This document shows, piece by piece, positions 37,191-48,079 of a stretch of 64,000 nt of DNA; positions within the stretch are counted from its first letter, which is position 1; the number at the start of each line of letters is the position of its first letter. The notes beneath the pieces are model-generated. The model worked only from the letters and a program-made list of their open reading frames with translations. It was not told the origin of the DNA and searched no databases. The position numbers and the translations under genes were made by a program. The stretch lies in the NCBI RefSeq assembly GCF_003334335.1, contig NZ_QOWQ01000007.1. The stretch is one strand, 5' to 3'. The stretch is from Escherichia coli. GTDB taxonomy: Bacteria > Pseudomonadota > Gammaproteobacteria > Enterobacterales > Enterobacteriaceae.

Positions 37191-38249
37191 ATGTTTTCAA
37201 TGATATTAAGTGGGCTAATTTGTGGTGCTCTGCTGGGATTTGTCATGCAGCGTGGGCGTTTTTGCCTGACAGGTGGTTTTCGCGATATGTATATCGCGAA
37301 AAATAATCGCATGTTTTACGCCTTGCTGATTGCAATTTCGGTACAAAGCGTGGGGGTTTTTGCGTTAATTCAGGCGGGCCTACTGACTTACGAAGCCGGG
37401 GCGTTCCCGTGGCTTGGTACTGTTATAGGTGGGTATATCTTCGGGCTGGGAATTGTTCTGGCGGGTGGATGTGCCACCGGGACCTGGTATCGCGCGGGTG
37501 AGGGATTGATCGGCAGTTGGATCGCGCTTTTCACTTATATGGTGATGAGTGCGGTGATGCGTTCTCCACATGCCAGTGGTTTAAATCAAACCTTGCAGCA
37601 CTACAGTACTGAACATAACTCTATTGCTGAGACTTTTAATTTGTCTGTGTGGCCGTTGGTTACCGTTTTGCTGGTGATAACGCTCTGGGTGGTGATGAAA
37701 GAGTTGAAGAAGCCAAAACTCAAAGTCGCGACCTTACCGCCGCGCCGAACCGGGATCGCTCATATTCTGTTTGAAAAACGCTGGCATCCCTTTGTCACTG
37801 CTGTACTCATCGGTTTGATTGCGCTTTTAGCCTGGCCCCTGAGTGAAGCAACCGGACGCATGTTTGGGTTAGGAATCACTTCCCCAACGGCCAATATTCT
37901 GCAATTTCTGGTCGCGGGTGACGTGAAATACATTAACTGGGGCGTTTTCCTGGTGTTAGGGATCTTCGTGGGGTCATTTATTGCAGCCAAAGCGAGCCGT
38001 GAGTTCCGCGTTCGCGCAGCTGATGCACAAACAACATTACGTAGCGGGTTAGGTGGTGTACTGATGGGCTTCGGTGCCAGTATTGCAGGTGGTTGCTCTA
38101 TCGGTAATGGACTGGTTATGACTGCAATGATGACCTGGCAGGGCTGGATTGGCCTTGTATTTATGATTCTCGGAGTCTGGACTGCGTCCTGGCTTGTGTA
38201 TGTTCGACCGCAGCGTAAGGCGCGACTGGCAACTGCTGCGGCAAATTAA
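37191..38249 (+). CDS. yeeE: Thiosulfate/sulfur-compound transporter (YeeE/YedE family)
   Basis: 352 aa membrane protein with an internal duplicated domain; followed by the TusA-like yeeD. Confidence 0.9.
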   Translation: MFSMILSGLICGALLGFVMQRGRFCLTGGFRDMYIAKNNRMFYALLIAISVQSVGVFALIQAGLLTYEAGAFPWLGTVIGGYIFGLGIVLAGGCATGTWYRAGEGLIGSWIALFTYMVMSAVMRSPHASGLNQTLQHYSTEHNSIAETFNLSVWPLVTVLLVITLWVVMKELKKPKLKVATLPPRRTGIAHILFEKRWHPFVTAVLIGLIALLAWPLSEATGRMFGLGITSPTANILQFLVAGDVKYINWGVFLVLGIFVGSFIAAKASREFRVRAADAQTTLRSGLGGVLMGFGASIAGGCSIGNGLVMTAMMTWQGWIGLVFMILGVWTASWLVYVRPQRKARLATAAAN

Positions 38250-38262
38250 GTAAGGTGTAAAG

Positions 38263-38490
38263 ATGGCGATTAAAAAGCTGGATGTGGTGACGCAGGTCTG
38301 TCCGTTTCCACTCATAGAAGCAAAAGCAGCACTGGCAGAAATGGCCAGCGGCGATGAGTTGGTAATTGAGTTTGATTGCACCCAGGCAACTGAAGCAATC
38401 CCACAGTGGGCGGCAGAAGAAGGACATGCCATCACCGATTATCAGCAGATTGGCGATGCAGCGTGGAGCATCACCGTTCAAAAAGCCTGA
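38263..38490 (+). CDS. yeeD: TusA-like sulfurtransferase
   Basis: 75 aa with a CPFP motif (VCPFPLIEAKAAL). Confidence 0.9.
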   Translation: MAIKKLDVVTQVCPFPLIEAKAALAEMASGDELVIEFDCTQATEAIPQWAAEEGHAITDYQQIGDAAWSITVQKA

Positions 38491-38501
38491 CTCAACATTG
38501 T

Positions 38502-38525
38502 CCTCCGCCGTACCAGCGGCGGAGG
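38502..38525. terminator. GC-rich hairpin between convergent yeeD and sbcB (possible bidirectional terminator)
   Basis: cctccgccg-tacca-gcggcggagg; no strong T-run on either side, so the terminator role is uncertain. Confidence 0.4.
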
Positions 38526-38532
38526 CTTCAAA

Positions 38533-39960
38533 TTAGACGATCTCTTCCGCGTACTGCCAAAGCGCTTTTAACAGCGCCACTTTCTCTTTGTCATCGGCAT
38601 ATTGTTGTGCCAGCATCTGCAATTCATCTGCATAACCCTGTAAAAACTCTGGCGTGAAGACCTGGCGGCGGTGCTCCAGCCAGCGTTGCTGCTCGGCATA
38701 ATCCAGCGTCCCCGGGAAGTTGCGCGCCCGATAATTGAACAACAGCTTTTCAATCCGTTTATCGACAAAAGTGATATCCAGTGCCGGTAAATTACGCGGC
38801 TCGGTTTCCAGCACAATTTTCATTGCTGCACGATCGGCGTCACTGAAAAAGCCGTTATAAAGCTGTGCATCCACGTTATCTGAAGGCGTAAACGGTTCGG
38901 CTTCCGCGAATATCGCCACCACTTTTTCGCGCACTTGCGGATTTTCACGCAGAATTTTCAGGTTATCGAGGCAATGCTGACGATTAATTCCCAGTCGGTC
39001 GGCATCTTCCGGGCGTAGCGTATTCGCCTGGGCCAGCACCGGACATTTATTGATATGCACCAGCTTAACCGGAACGGCGGCGTTATCGCCAAGATCGGTT
39101 TTTGCGGTATATAAACGCTCGCGCAATGTGTCGCTATCCAGTTCCAGTAATGGCGAAATGTCTCCTGCCAAATCCACCATAATTACGGCATTGCGATTTT
39201 CAGGATGCCACGCCAGCGGTGCCACCCAGCTGGTATTGCCGCGCCATGCTCCAAACATTCCGGAAACGTGCACCAGGGGTTTCATCTGCGGAACATCAAT
39301 CAACGCCATCAGTTTGTGTTTATTACGATGGGTAAAGAGATAATCAAACAGGCGTGGCTGACGCGTTTTTACCAGCTTTGCCATCGCAATAGTGGCGTAC
39401 ACATCAGCCATCGCATCGTGGGCGTTGCTATGTTCAATACCATTCGCTTTGGTTAAATGCTCAAGGCGAAAGCTCGGTAGACCGTCATCATTTTCAGGCC
39501 AGTTTATTCCTTCCGGGCGCAGGGCATAACAGGCACGCATAACATCCAACAAATCCCAGCGCGAGTTATCATGCTGCCAGCTCCAGGCGTAAGGATCGTA
39601 GAAATTACGATAAAAAACGTTGCGTGTGACTTCGTCGTCGAAACGCACATTGTTGTAGCCCAGAATACAGGTCTTCGGTACGGTAAAAAGCGAGTGAATA
39701 CGGGCGGCAAACGCGGCTTCGTTTTCTCCTTTCGCCCGTGCTTCCTGCGGGGTAATACCGGTAATTAATACTGCTCCAGGCTGGGGTAAATAGTCATCCG
39801 CGGGCTTGCAGTAAAAGACTTCGGGTTCGCCGATGACATTGAATTCGCTATCGGTGCGAATGGCTGCGAACTGTGCAGGGCGATCTAACGCGGGGTGCGT
39901 GCCAAAGGTTTCGTAATCGTGAAACAAAAAGGTAGATTGTTGCTTACCGTCATTCATCAT
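38533..39960 (-). CDS. sbcB: Exodeoxyribonuclease I
   Basis: MMNDGKQQSTFLFHDYETFGTHPALDRPAQFAAIRTD...; 475 aa from the internal Met. Confidence 0.95.
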   Translation of the reverse strand: MMNDGKQQSTFLFHDYETFGTHPALDRPAQFAAIRTDSEFNVIGEPEVFYCKPADDYLPQPGAVLITGITPQEARAKGENEAAFAARIHSLFTVPKTCILGYNNVRFDDEVTRNVFYRNFYDPYAWSWQHDNSRWDLLDVMRACYALRPEGINWPENDDGLPSFRLEHLTKANGIEHSNAHDAMADVYATIAMAKLVKTRQPRLFDYLFTHRNKHKLMALIDVPQMKPLVHVSGMFGAWRGNTSWVAPLAWHPENRNAVIMVDLAGDISPLLELDSDTLRERLYTAKTDLGDNAAVPVKLVHINKCPVLAQANTLRPEDADRLGINRQHCLDNLKILRENPQVREKVVAIFAEAEPFTPSDNVDAQLYNGFFSDADRAAMKIVLETEPRNLPALDITFVDKRIEKLLFNYRARNFPGTLDYAEQQRWLEHRRQVFTPEFLQGYADELQMLAQQYADDKEKVALLKALWQYAEEIV

Positions 39961-40168
39961 TAGGTTAAATCCGTTATTTCTGCTGTCTGCCAGAGTATCA
40001 AATATCACCGTGCTAATCAGCTTTAGCGCCACAATTTGGCAGCGAGTGGCAACAGATCATGTCAGATAAAAATGAGAGGGTAGTCACATTTTCTTGCACT
40101 TTATTCCAGCCAGTTCATAAGTATTTCCGTAAAAAGAACAGCTATTTGAAACTCCTGAGGGTTTGCTG

Positions 40169-41335
40169 TTGAAACGCCGTCTTATTATTGCTGCTTCTTT
40201 GTTCGTTTTTAACTTATCGTCTGGTTTTGCGGCGGATAACATTCCTTTTTCACCTCAGCCTCCAGAGATTCATGCCGGGTCCTGGGTATTGATGGATTAC
40301 ACCACCGGTCAGATCCTCACCGCGGGTAATGAGCATCAACAGCGCAATCCCGCCAGCCTGACAAAGCTGATGACGGGTTATGTCGTGGATCGCGCTATCG
40401 ATAGTCATCGCATTACGCCAGACGATATTGTCACCGTGGGGCGCGATGCGTGGGCGAAAGATAATCCGGTGTTTGTCGGTTCTTCACTGATGTTTTTGAA
40501 AGAGGGCGATCGCGTATCGGTACGTGATTTAAGCCGTGGTTTAATTGTGGATTCCGGAAATGACGCTTGTGTTGCTCTGGCTGACTATATTGCCGGTGGG
40601 CAACGGCAGTTTGTTGAAATGATGAACAACTATGCCGAGAAGCTGCATCTCAAGGATACGCATTTTGAAACAGTGCATGGTCTGGATGCACCTGGCCAGC
40701 ATAGCTCGGCTTATGATTTAGCTGTGCTTTCTCGCGCTATCATCCACGGCGAGCCCGAGTTTTATCATATGTACAGTGAGAAAAGTCTCACCTGGAACGG
40801 TATCACCCAGCAAAACCGTAACGGGTTGTTGTGGGATAAAACCATGAATGTTGACGGCCTGAAAACGGGTCATACTTCTGGTGCCGGGTTTAATCTCATT
40901 GCTTCGGCTGTAGATGGGCAGCGTCGTCTCATTGCAGTGGTAATGGGGGCTGACAGTGCAAAAGGTCGTGAGGAAGAGGCAAGAAAATTACTGCGTTGGG
41001 GGCAACAAAACTTTACTACGGTGCAAATTTTGCACCGTGGGAAAAAGGTCGGAACGGAACGCATCTGGTATGGCGATAAAGAAAATATCGACCTGGGAAC
41101 GGAACAAGAGTTCTGGATGGTGCTACCGAAAGCCGAAATTCCACATATCAAAGCCAAATATACCCTTGATGGTAAAGAGCTCACCGCGCCAATTAGCGCC
41201 CATCAGCGGGTAGGGGAAATTGAACTTTACGACCGTGATAAACAGGTGGCGCACTGGCCGCTGGTTACCCTGGAATCTGTCGGGGAAGGCGGCATGTTTT
41301 CCCGCCTGAGTGATTATTTCCACCATAAGGCCTGA
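40169..41335 (+). CDS. dacD: D-alanyl-D-alanine carboxypeptidase (PBP6b)
   Basis: Signal peptide, SxxK motif (ASLTK); apparent TTG start at 40169 gives 388 aa. Confidence 0.9.
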   Translation: MKRRLIIAASLFVFNLSSGFAADNIPFSPQPPEIHAGSWVLMDYTTGQILTAGNEHQQRNPASLTKLMTGYVVDRAIDSHRITPDDIVTVGRDAWAKDNPVFVGSSLMFLKEGDRVSVRDLSRGLIVDSGNDACVALADYIAGGQRQFVEMMNNYAEKLHLKDTHFETVHGLDAPGQHSSAYDLAVLSRAIIHGEPEFYHMYSEKSLTWNGITQQNRNGLLWDKTMNVDGLKTGHTSGAGFNLIASAVDGQRRLIAVVMGADSAKGREEEARKLLRWGQQNFTTVQILHRGKKVGTERIWYGDKENIDLGTEQEFWMVLPKAEIPHIKAKYTLDGKELTAPISAHQRVGEIELYDRDKQVAHWPLVTLESVGEGGMFSRLSDYFHHKA

Positions 41336-41419
41336 CCTTTCTTTTGCAGCAGACTGGCAGGAGTGCGAGTCTGCTCGCATAATCAACACTCATTCCTTGT
41401 GGTTTTAATATTGCAACTA

Positions 41420-41439
41420 TACTGTATATAAAAACAGTG
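41420..41439 (+). promoter_or_regulatory. LexA box (SOS operator) in the sbmC promoter
   Basis: tACTGTATATAaAaACAGTg matches the CTGT-N8-ACAG LexA consensus, 15 nt upstream of the sbmC ATG. Confidence 0.8.
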
Positions 41440-41453
41440 TTAATGGAGGCGTC

Positions 41454-41927
41454 ATGAACTACGAGATTAAGCAGGAAGATAAACGTACCGTTGCAGGTTT
41501 CCATCTCGTTGGCCCGTGGGAGCAGACGGTAAAGAAAGGTTTTGAGCAGTTGATGATGTGGGTAGATAACAAAAATATTGTGCCGAAGGAGTGGGTTGCT
41601 GTCTATTACGACAATCCAGATGAAACACCCGCCGAAAAATTACGCTGCGACACCGTCGTGACGGTACCGAATAACTTTACGCTCCCCGAAAACAGTGAGG
41701 GCGTCATTCTGACAGAAATTTCAGGTGGTCAGTATGCGGTTGCGGTGGCTCGTGTAGTCGGTGATGATTTTGCTAAACCTTGGTATCAGTTCTTTAATAG
41801 CCTCTTGCAGGACAGTGCTTATGAAATGTTACCAAAGCCCTGCTTCGAGGTTTATTTGAACAATGGCGCGGAAGATGGGTACTGGGATATCGAAATGTAT
41901 GTTGCGGTGCAGCCAAAACATCACTAA
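41454..41927 (+). CDS. sbmC: DNA gyrase inhibitor (GyrI/SbmC)
   Basis: 157 aa; [37 protein letters not shown]... Confidence 0.93.
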   Translation: MNYEIKQEDKRTVAGFHLVGPWEQTVKKGFEQLMMWVDNKNIVPKEWVAVYYDNPDETPAEKLRCDTVVTVPNNFTLPENSEGVILTEISGGQYAVAVARVVGDDFAKPWYQFFNSLLQDSAYEMLPKPCFEVYLNNGAEDGYWDIEMYVAVQPKHH

Positions 41928-42125
41928 TTCATCTCAGGGCGGTGTGTTAACGCGATGACCACTCTTTTTTTTGAAAGCGAAAAGAGTAAGATGCGCCTTT
42001 CAATTTTTTCGCTCCTGCCGGGAAATTACACTGTTCCCGGTTTGTCCGTCGGATAATTCAGAGGCGCGCCTTCTGGCCGACAGATGAGTTATGAGCGCTT
42101 TTAATCTTCATTACGGAGTTTCTGC

Positions 42126-43184
42126 GTGCGTGCCGATAAGTCATTAAGCCCGTTTGAAATCCGGGTATACCGCCATTACCGCATTGTGCATGGTACTCGG
42201 GTCGCGCTGGCATTCCTGCTCACTTTTCTCATTATCCGCCTGTTTACTATCCCGGAAAGTACCTGGCCGCTGGTCACCATGGTGGTGATTATGGGGCCAA
42301 TCTCGTTCTGGGGTAACGTTGTCCCTCGCGCCTTCGAACGTATTGGCGGTACGGTGTTGGGTTCGATATTAGGTCTTATCGCTCTGCAACTGGAGTTAAT
42401 CTCGTTACCGCTGATGTTAGTCTGGTGCGCGGCGGCTATGTTTCTTTGCGGTTGGCTGGCGCTGGGCAAGAAACCGTATCAAGGATTATTGATTGGGGTG
42501 ACGCTGGCAATTGTTGTTGGTTCCCCGACAGGTGAAATTGATACGGCGTTATGGCGAAGCGGCGATGTGATCCTCGGCTCTTTACTGGCAATGTTGTTTA
42601 CCGGTATCTGGCCACAACGGGCGTTCATCCACTGGCGCATTCAACTGGCGAAAAGTCTGACCGAGTATAATCGGGTCTATCAATCTGCATTCTCACCGAA
42701 CTTACTCGAACGCCCACGTCTGGAAAGCCATCTACAAAAACTCCTGACCGATGCCGTGAAAATGCGTGGGCTGATTGCGCCCGCCAGCAAAGAAACCCGT
42801 ATTCCAAAATCGATATATGAAGGTATCCAGACCATTAACCGCAATCTGGTTTGTATGCTGGAGTTGCAAATCAATGCGTACTGGGCCACGCGCCCCAGCC
42901 ATTTCGTGTTATTGAACGCGCAAAAACTTCGTGATACCCAGCACATGATGCAGCAAATACTGCTGAGCCTTGTTCATGCGTTGTACGAAGGTAATCCGCA
43001 GCCGGTTTTTGCCAATACGGAAAAATTGAACGATGCTGTGGAAGAGCTGCGTCAGTTGCTCAATAACCACCATGACCTGAAGGTTGTGGAAACACCAATC
43101 TATGGTTATGTGTGGCTGAACATGGAAACGGCACATCAGCTTGAGTTGCTATCGAATCTGATTTGCCGGGCCTTGCGCAAATAA
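42126..43184 (+). CDS. yeeA: Inner membrane protein YeeA (FUSC-like)
   Basis: 352 aa, GTG start; hydrophobic N-terminal half and soluble C-terminal half; synteny. Confidence 0.85.
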   Translation: MRADKSLSPFEIRVYRHYRIVHGTRVALAFLLTFLIIRLFTIPESTWPLVTMVVIMGPISFWGNVVPRAFERIGGTVLGSILGLIALQLELISLPLMLVWCAAAMFLCGWLALGKKPYQGLLIGVTLAIVVGSPTGEIDTALWRSGDVILGSLLAMLFTGIWPQRAFIHWRIQLAKSLTEYNRVYQSAFSPNLLERPRLESHLQKLLTDAVKMRGLIAPASKETRIPKSIYEGIQTINRNLVCMLELQINAYWATRPSHFVLLNAQKLRDTQHMMQQILLSLVHALYEGNPQPVFANTEKLNDAVEELRQLLNNHHDLKVVETPIYGYVWLNMETAHQLELLSNLICRALRK

Positions 43185-43355
43185 TTCCTGAACTTCAGAA
43201 TCATCTTGCTGCTGCTTCGATTCAGCAAGGATAAAGGGTATGATAGTGAAAAGGGATAAAAGCATTGTCATCTGCGGCAGCTATGAGTAATGTTGGCCCT
43301 AACGAATAGCGGTTGCTTAAACGAATCCGACTCTCACATTATCAGGGGTATAAAA

Positions 43356-43685
43356 ATGGAAACTACCAAGCCTTCATTCCAGGACGTACTGGAATTTGTT
43401 CGTCTGTTCCGTCGTAAGAACAAACTGCAACGTGAAATTCAGGACGTTGAGAAAAAGATCCGTGACAACCAGAAGCGCGTCCTGCTGTTGGACAACCTGA
43501 GCGATTACATCAAGCCGGGGATGAGCGTTGAAGCAATCCAGGGCATCATCGCCAGCATGAAAGGTGACTATGAAGATCGTGTTGACGATTACATCATCAA
43601 AAATGCCGAGCTCTCCAAAGAACGCCGTGATATCTCCAAAAAGCTGAAAGCTATGGGCGAAATGAAAAACGGCGAAGCGAAGTAA
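43356..43685 (+). CDS. yeeX: UPF0265/DUF496 family protein
   Basis: [41 protein letters not shown]... 109 aa from the internal ATG. Confidence 0.88.
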   Translation: METTKPSFQDVLEFVRLFRRKNKLQREIQDVEKKIRDNQKRVLLLDNLSDYIKPGMSVEAIQGIIASMKGDYEDRVDDYIIKNAELSKERRDISKKLKAMGEMKNGEAK

Positions 43686-43699
43686 TTCCTGTTTTATTC

Positions 43700-43740
43700 A
43701 ATGAGGGTTGCCCGGCAACCCTCATTGCTCATTGATTCTT
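43700..43740 (+). terminator. Hairpin terminator after yeeX
   Basis: aatgagggttgcc-cgg-caaccctcatt hairpin followed by T-rich sequence. Confidence 0.5.
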
Positions 43741-43785
43741 TTCTGTGTATCAAAGTCATCATTCCCATCTGATAACCTGTCGAAA

Positions 43786-44061
43786 TTAGCGACAGACTTC
43801 TTCTATATGCAGCAAGGCAAAAAGTTCTGCAACTCTATTGTTATTAACCGCACTGGTTACTAACACGTTGTGCGCTCCAGCTTCCCGTAACCAACATTTC
43901 ACCAAAGATATTTGTTCCATGTTGGCTAAATCTGCTTTGGTTACTACTCCAATGACCGGGCGATTCATTGACGAGGTAAAGCCTGGCGAAAAAGGTGACC
44001 ACGGTGCGTCCGCATTAAGCACCAGCGCGATAATGTCTGCTTCGCAGGCACTGACCAACAA
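43786..44061 (-). pseudogene. yoeF: EutP/PduV-family GTPase, C-terminal fragment (yoeF-like remnant); N-terminal P-loop part missing
   Basis: 91 aa ORF with ...[12 protein letters not shown]... typical of EutP/PduV C-terminal halves; no P-loop-encoding sequence found upstream in any frame. Confidence 0.55.
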
Positions 44062-44420
44062 TGCACTGTAGAGGCTGCGGTTTTATCGGTGAGGAGTGGC
44101 AGCAAGATTTCCAGCCTCTTGATGGTGGGCCTGTGCAATCGTTATCAGATGCGTATAGCGATTATTCAGTGCTGCTATTGATAGCAGCTGAAAGCGAGAT
44201 ATCCGTACCAGAATGGCTCGCTCATTCTGAGGGAACGACGGTAATTTTGATTGCAGAACACAATGCCCGTTTGCTGACTGGTCCGGCTGGTGGGGCTGTA
44301 GCATTAATCCATTATCTGAATGAAATCTGTCATTCCAGAGAAACCGCTAGCAATGACGCATTTTGTCGGACGTTAACACGAGGAAGTCTGGCTATTCCGC
44401 AATGCCATCTTCTTTCGTAA
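44061..44420 (+). CDS. Hypothetical 119 aa ORF at the CP4-44 empty site; may be non-coding
   Basis: Only the open reading frame itself; no recognisable domain or convincing RBS. Confidence 0.2.
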   Translation: MHCRGCGFIGEEWQQDFQPLDGGPVQSLSDAYSDYSVLLLIAAESEISVPEWLAHSEGTTVILIAEHNARLLTGPAGGAVALIHYLNEICHSRETASNDAFCRTLTRGSLAIPQCHLLS

Positions 44421-44553
44421 TGGATTGAGAATGCTGGATTTTTAATTATATTACGCGCAGTATTAATCGCGTAAATGTTTTGCGGTCAGCAACGGTGGGG
44501 GATCCATTGTTCTGTTCAATGAATACCATCATACAATTGAATCAGGAGTCGGT

Positions 44554-45099
44554 ATGATGATTTTGGTGACGGGGGGCGCACGGAGCGGGAAGAGTCGCCA
44601 TGCAGAGGCGCTTATTGGGGACTCTTCACAGGTTCTGTATATCGCCACCTCACAAATCCTTGATGATGAGATGGCTGCACGGATAGAACATCATCGGCAA
44701 GGCCGCCCGGCGCACTGGCGCACGGTGGAGCGTTGGCAACATCTTGATGAATTAATTCATGCAGACATTAACCCGCATGAGGCTGTGTTGCTGGAATGCG
44801 TTACCACCATGGTGACTAATCTGTTGTTTGATTATGGCGGCGATAAAGACCCTAATGAATGGGATTATCAGGCGATGGAACAGGCGATTAATGCTGAGAT
44901 TCAGTCGTTGATTGCTGCCTGCCAACGTTGTCCCGCAAAGGTTGTATTAGTGACTAACGAAGTGGGAATGGGGATTGTGCCGGAGAGTCGTCTGGCACGA
45001 CATTTTCGTGATATTGCCGGGCGGGTAAATCAGCAGCTGGCCGCTGCGGCAAATGAAGTATGGCTGGTGGTTTCGGGTATTGGAGTAAAAATCAAATGA
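44554..45099 (+). CDS. cobU: Adenosylcobinamide kinase / adenosylcobinamide-phosphate guanylyltransferase
   Basis: 181 aa; P-loop [18 protein letters not shown]. Confidence 0.95.
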   Translation: MMILVTGGARSGKSRHAEALIGDSSQVLYIATSQILDDEMAARIEHHRQGRPAHWRTVERWQHLDELIHADINPHEAVLLECVTTMVTNLLFDYGGDKDPNEWDYQAMEQAINAEIQSLIAACQRCPAKVVLVTNEVGMGIVPESRLARHFRDIAGRVNQQLAAAANEVWLVVSGIGVKIK

Positions 45100-45839
45100 G
45101 TAAATTATTTTGGGCGATGCTCTCTTTTATTACGCGTCTGCCTGTACCGCGTCGCTGGTCCCAGGGACTGGATTTCGAGCATTATTCTCGCGGTATTATT
45201 ACTTTTCCTTTAATTGGATTATTGCTTGGCGCGATTAGCGGGCTGGTCTTCATGGTGCTGCAGGCATGGTGTGGCGTACCACTGGCGGCACTGTTTAGCG
45301 TACTTGTGCTGGCGCTGATGACCGGGGGATTCCACCTGGACGGCCTCGCCGATACCTGTGATGGCGTATTTTCTGCACGTAGCCGCGATCGCATGTTGGA
45401 AATCATGCGTGATAGCCGTTTAGGCACCCACGGCGGTCTGGCATTGATTTTTGTTGTACTGGCAAAGATTCTGGTATTAAGCGAGTTGGCTCTGCGTGGC
45501 GAACCGATCCTTGCATCGCTGGCGGCAGCATGTGCGGTCAGCCGCGGGACTGCCGCATTATTGATGTATCGTCATCGTTATGCCCGGGAAGAAGGGCTTG
45601 GCAATGTGTTCATTGGCAAAATTGATGGGCGACAAACCTGCGTCACACTCGGCTTAGCCGCTATTTTTGCTGCCGTATTATTGCCTGGTATGCATGGTGT
45701 GGCTGCTATGGTGGTGACGATGGTGGCGATTTTCATCCTCGGTCAGCTTCTCAAACGTACGCTGGGCGGGCAAACCGGCGATACGCTGGGAGCTGCTATA
45801 GAGCTTGGTGAACTGGTCTTCCTGCTGGCACTGCTATAA
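45096..45839 (+). CDS. cobS: Adenosylcobinamide-GDP ribazoletransferase (cobalamin synthase)
   Basis: [18 protein letters not shown]...; 247 aa membrane protein; ATGA overlap with cobU. Confidence 0.93.
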   Translation: MSKLFWAMLSFITRLPVPRRWSQGLDFEHYSRGIITFPLIGLLLGAISGLVFMVLQAWCGVPLAALFSVLVLALMTGGFHLDGLADTCDGVFSARSRDRMLEIMRDSRLGTHGGLALIFVVLAKILVLSELALRGEPILASLAAACAVSRGTAALLMYRHRYAREEGLGNVFIGKIDGRQTCVTLGLAAIFAAVLLPGMHGVAAMVVTMVAIFILGQLLKRTLGGQTGDTLGAAIELGELVFLLALL

Positions 45840-45850
45840 AGAGACGTGAC

Positions 45851-46930
45851 ATGCAAACACTTGCCGATTTACTGAATACGATCCCTGCCATCGATCCTGC
45901 CGCTATGTCGCGTGCACAACGGCATATCGACGGGTTACTCAAACCTGTTGGTAGCCTGGGAAGGCTGGAGGCGCTTGCCATACAACTGGCAGGAATGCCG
46001 GGGTTGAATGGCGTTCCGCATGTGGGCAAAAAAGCGGTACTGGTCATGTGTGCCGATCACGGCGTCTGGGAGGAAGGGGTCGCTATTTCCCCAAAAGAAG
46101 TGACAGCCATTCAGGCTGAAAATATGACCCGCGGAACAACCGGCGTGTATGTGCTGGCAGCACAAGCGGGCGCTAACGTCCACGTAATTGATGTTGGTAT
46201 TGATACTGCTGAGCCTATCCCCGGGCTTATCAACATGCGTGTTGCTCGAGGTAGTGGCAATATTGCTTCAGCTCCGGCAATGAGTCGCCATCAGGCTGAA
46301 AAGTTGCTTTTGGACGTCATATGTTATACGCGGGAGCTGGCAAAAAACGGTGTTACGCTGTTTGGTGTAGGTGAACTGGGGATGGCAAACACGACACCGG
46401 CCGCAGCAATAGTCAGCACAATCACTGGCCGGGATCCTGAAGAAGTGGTTGGGATTGGCGCAAACCTGCCGACAGATAAACTGGCTAATAAAATTGATGT
46501 TGTGCGCCGGGCGATTACGTTGAATCAACCAAATCCTCAGGATGGCGTTGATGTCCTGGCAAAAGTGGGTGGATTTGATTTGGTCGGAATGGCTGGCGTG
46601 ATGTTAGGCGCTGCTTCCTGCGGTTTACCCGTGTTGCTGGATGGATTTCTTTCTTATGCTGCCGCGCTCGCAGCCTGCCAGATGTCTCCTGCAATCAAAC
46701 CGTATCTCATTCCTTCTCACCTGTCGGCAGAAAAAGGGGCGCGTATTGCGCTGTCGCATTTGGGGCTGGAGCCTTATCTCAATATGGAGATGCGTTTAGG
46801 TGAGGGGAGTGGCGCAGCTCTGGCGATGCCCATCATCGAAGCTGCCTGTGCGATATATAACAACATGGGCGAACTTGCTGCCAGTAATATTGTTCTACCG
46901 GGGAATACGACTTCTGATTTGAACAGTTAA
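45851..46930 (+). CDS. cobT: Nicotinate-nucleotide--dimethylbenzimidazole phosphoribosyltransferase
   Basis: 359 aa; [32 protein letters not shown]... Confidence 0.95.
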   Translation: MQTLADLLNTIPAIDPAAMSRAQRHIDGLLKPVGSLGRLEALAIQLAGMPGLNGVPHVGKKAVLVMCADHGVWEEGVAISPKEVTAIQAENMTRGTTGVYVLAAQAGANVHVIDVGIDTAEPIPGLINMRVARGSGNIASAPAMSRHQAEKLLLDVICYTRELAKNGVTLFGVGELGMANTTPAAAIVSTITGRDPEEVVGIGANLPTDKLANKIDVVRRAITLNQPNPQDGVDVLAKVGGFDLVGMAGVMLGAASCGLPVLLDGFLSYAAALAACQMSPAIKPYLIPSHLSAEKGARIALSHLGLEPYLNMEMRLGEGSGAALAMPIIEAACAIYNNMGELAASNIVLPGNTTSDLNS

Positions 46931-46991
46931 AAACGAAAAGTCTGATAAAAGCTATACTTAACGGATAGCTTTCGCGACTTAGGAAAGGGAC

Positions 46992-47918
46992 ATGATGCGT
47001 CGTGTAAATATTCTTTGCTCATTTGCTCTGCTTTTTGCCAGCCATACTAGCCTGGCGGTAACTTATCCATTACCTCCAGAGGGTAGCCGTTTAGTGGGGC
47101 AGTCGTATACTGTAACTGTTCCTGATCACAATACCCAGCCGCTGGAGACTTTTGCCGCACAAAACGGGCAAGGGTTAAGTAACATGCTGGAAGCGAACCC
47201 GGGTGCTGATGTTTTCTTGCCGAAGTCTGGCTCGCAACTTACCATTCCGCAGCAACTGATTTTGCCCGCCACTGTTCGTAAAGGGATTGTGGTTAACGTC
47301 GCTGAGATGCGTCTTTATTACTACCCGCCAGACAGTAATACTGTGGAAGTCTTTCCTATTGGTATCGGCCAGGCTGGGCGAGAAACCCCGCGTAACTGGG
47401 TGACTACCGTTGAACGTAAACAAGAAGCTCCAACCTGGACGCCAACGCCGAACACTCGGCGCGAATATGCGAAACGAGGGGAGAGTTTGCCCGCATTTGT
47501 TCCTGCGGGTCCCGATAATCCCATGGGGCTGTACGCGATTTATATTGGCAGGTTGTATGCCATCCATGGTACCAATGCCAATTTTGGTATTGGGCTCCGG
47601 GTAAGTCAGGGCTGTATTCGTCTGCGCAATGACGATATCAAATATCTGTTTGATAATGTTCCTGTTGGAACGCGTGTGCAAATTATCGACCAGCCAGTAA
47701 AATACACCACTGAACCAGATGGCTCGAACTGGCTGGAAGTTCATGAGCCGCTGTCGCGCAATCGTGCAGAATATGAGTCTGACCGAAAAGTACCATTGCC
47801 GGTAACCCCATCTTTGCGGGCGTTTATCAACGGGCAAGAAGTTGATGTAAATCGCGCAAATGCTGCGTTGCAACGTCGATCGGGAATGCCTGTGAATATC
47901 AACCGTAACGGATTTTGA
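46992..47918 (+). CDS. ldtA: L,D-transpeptidase (ErfK/LdtA)
   Basis: Signal peptide plus YkuD-type L,D-transpeptidase domain (...[20 protein letters not shown]...). Confidence 0.92.
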   Translation: MMRRVNILCSFALLFASHTSLAVTYPLPPEGSRLVGQSYTVTVPDHNTQPLETFAAQNGQGLSNMLEANPGADVFLPKSGSQLTIPQQLILPATVRKGIVVNVAEMRLYYYPPDSNTVEVFPIGIGQAGRETPRNWVTTVERKQEAPTWTPTPNTRREYAKRGESLPAFVPAGPDNPMGLYAIYIGRLYAIHGTNANFGIGLRVSQGCIRLRNDDIKYLFDNVPVGTRVQIIDQPVKYTTEPDGSNWLEVHEPLSRNRAEYESDRKVPLPVTPSLRAFINGQEVDVNRANAALQRRSGMPVNINRNGF

Positions 47919-48003
47919 CATTCAAAACGTCTGGTTTTTCGGTCTGTGTAAGCATTACGTCATGCAAAACTGGTTGTTTCGAATCATACAAATCATAATT
48001 TTC

Positions 48004-48030
48004 TTCTCATATGCGCATCTCTTATGAGCA
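48004..48030 (+). promoter_or_regulatory. Imperfect inverted repeat TtCTCATATG-N7-CTTATGAGCA upstream of the SorC-family regulator gene (candidate operator)
   Basis: Read directly; half-site resembles the TGCTCAT palindromes at 53066-53204. Confidence 0.35.
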
Positions 48031-48079
48031 TAATCGTTATACTCTTCTGATTTATACATGTTTGCTGATGACATGATCA

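Noticed and set aside
47175-47921. 248-aa minus-strand ORF antisense to ldtA
   Set aside because: Entirely embedded in the ldtA coding region, which has signal peptide and catalytic motifs; no RBS; treated as a shadow ORF.
47919-48079. Integrase, att direct repeat or IS element marking the island boundary
   Set aside because: No recombinase-like ORF on either strand and no obvious copy of the asnV 3' end (ttcgagtccagtcagaggagcca) at the ldtA-proximal end; the island is therefore called on gene content and position only.
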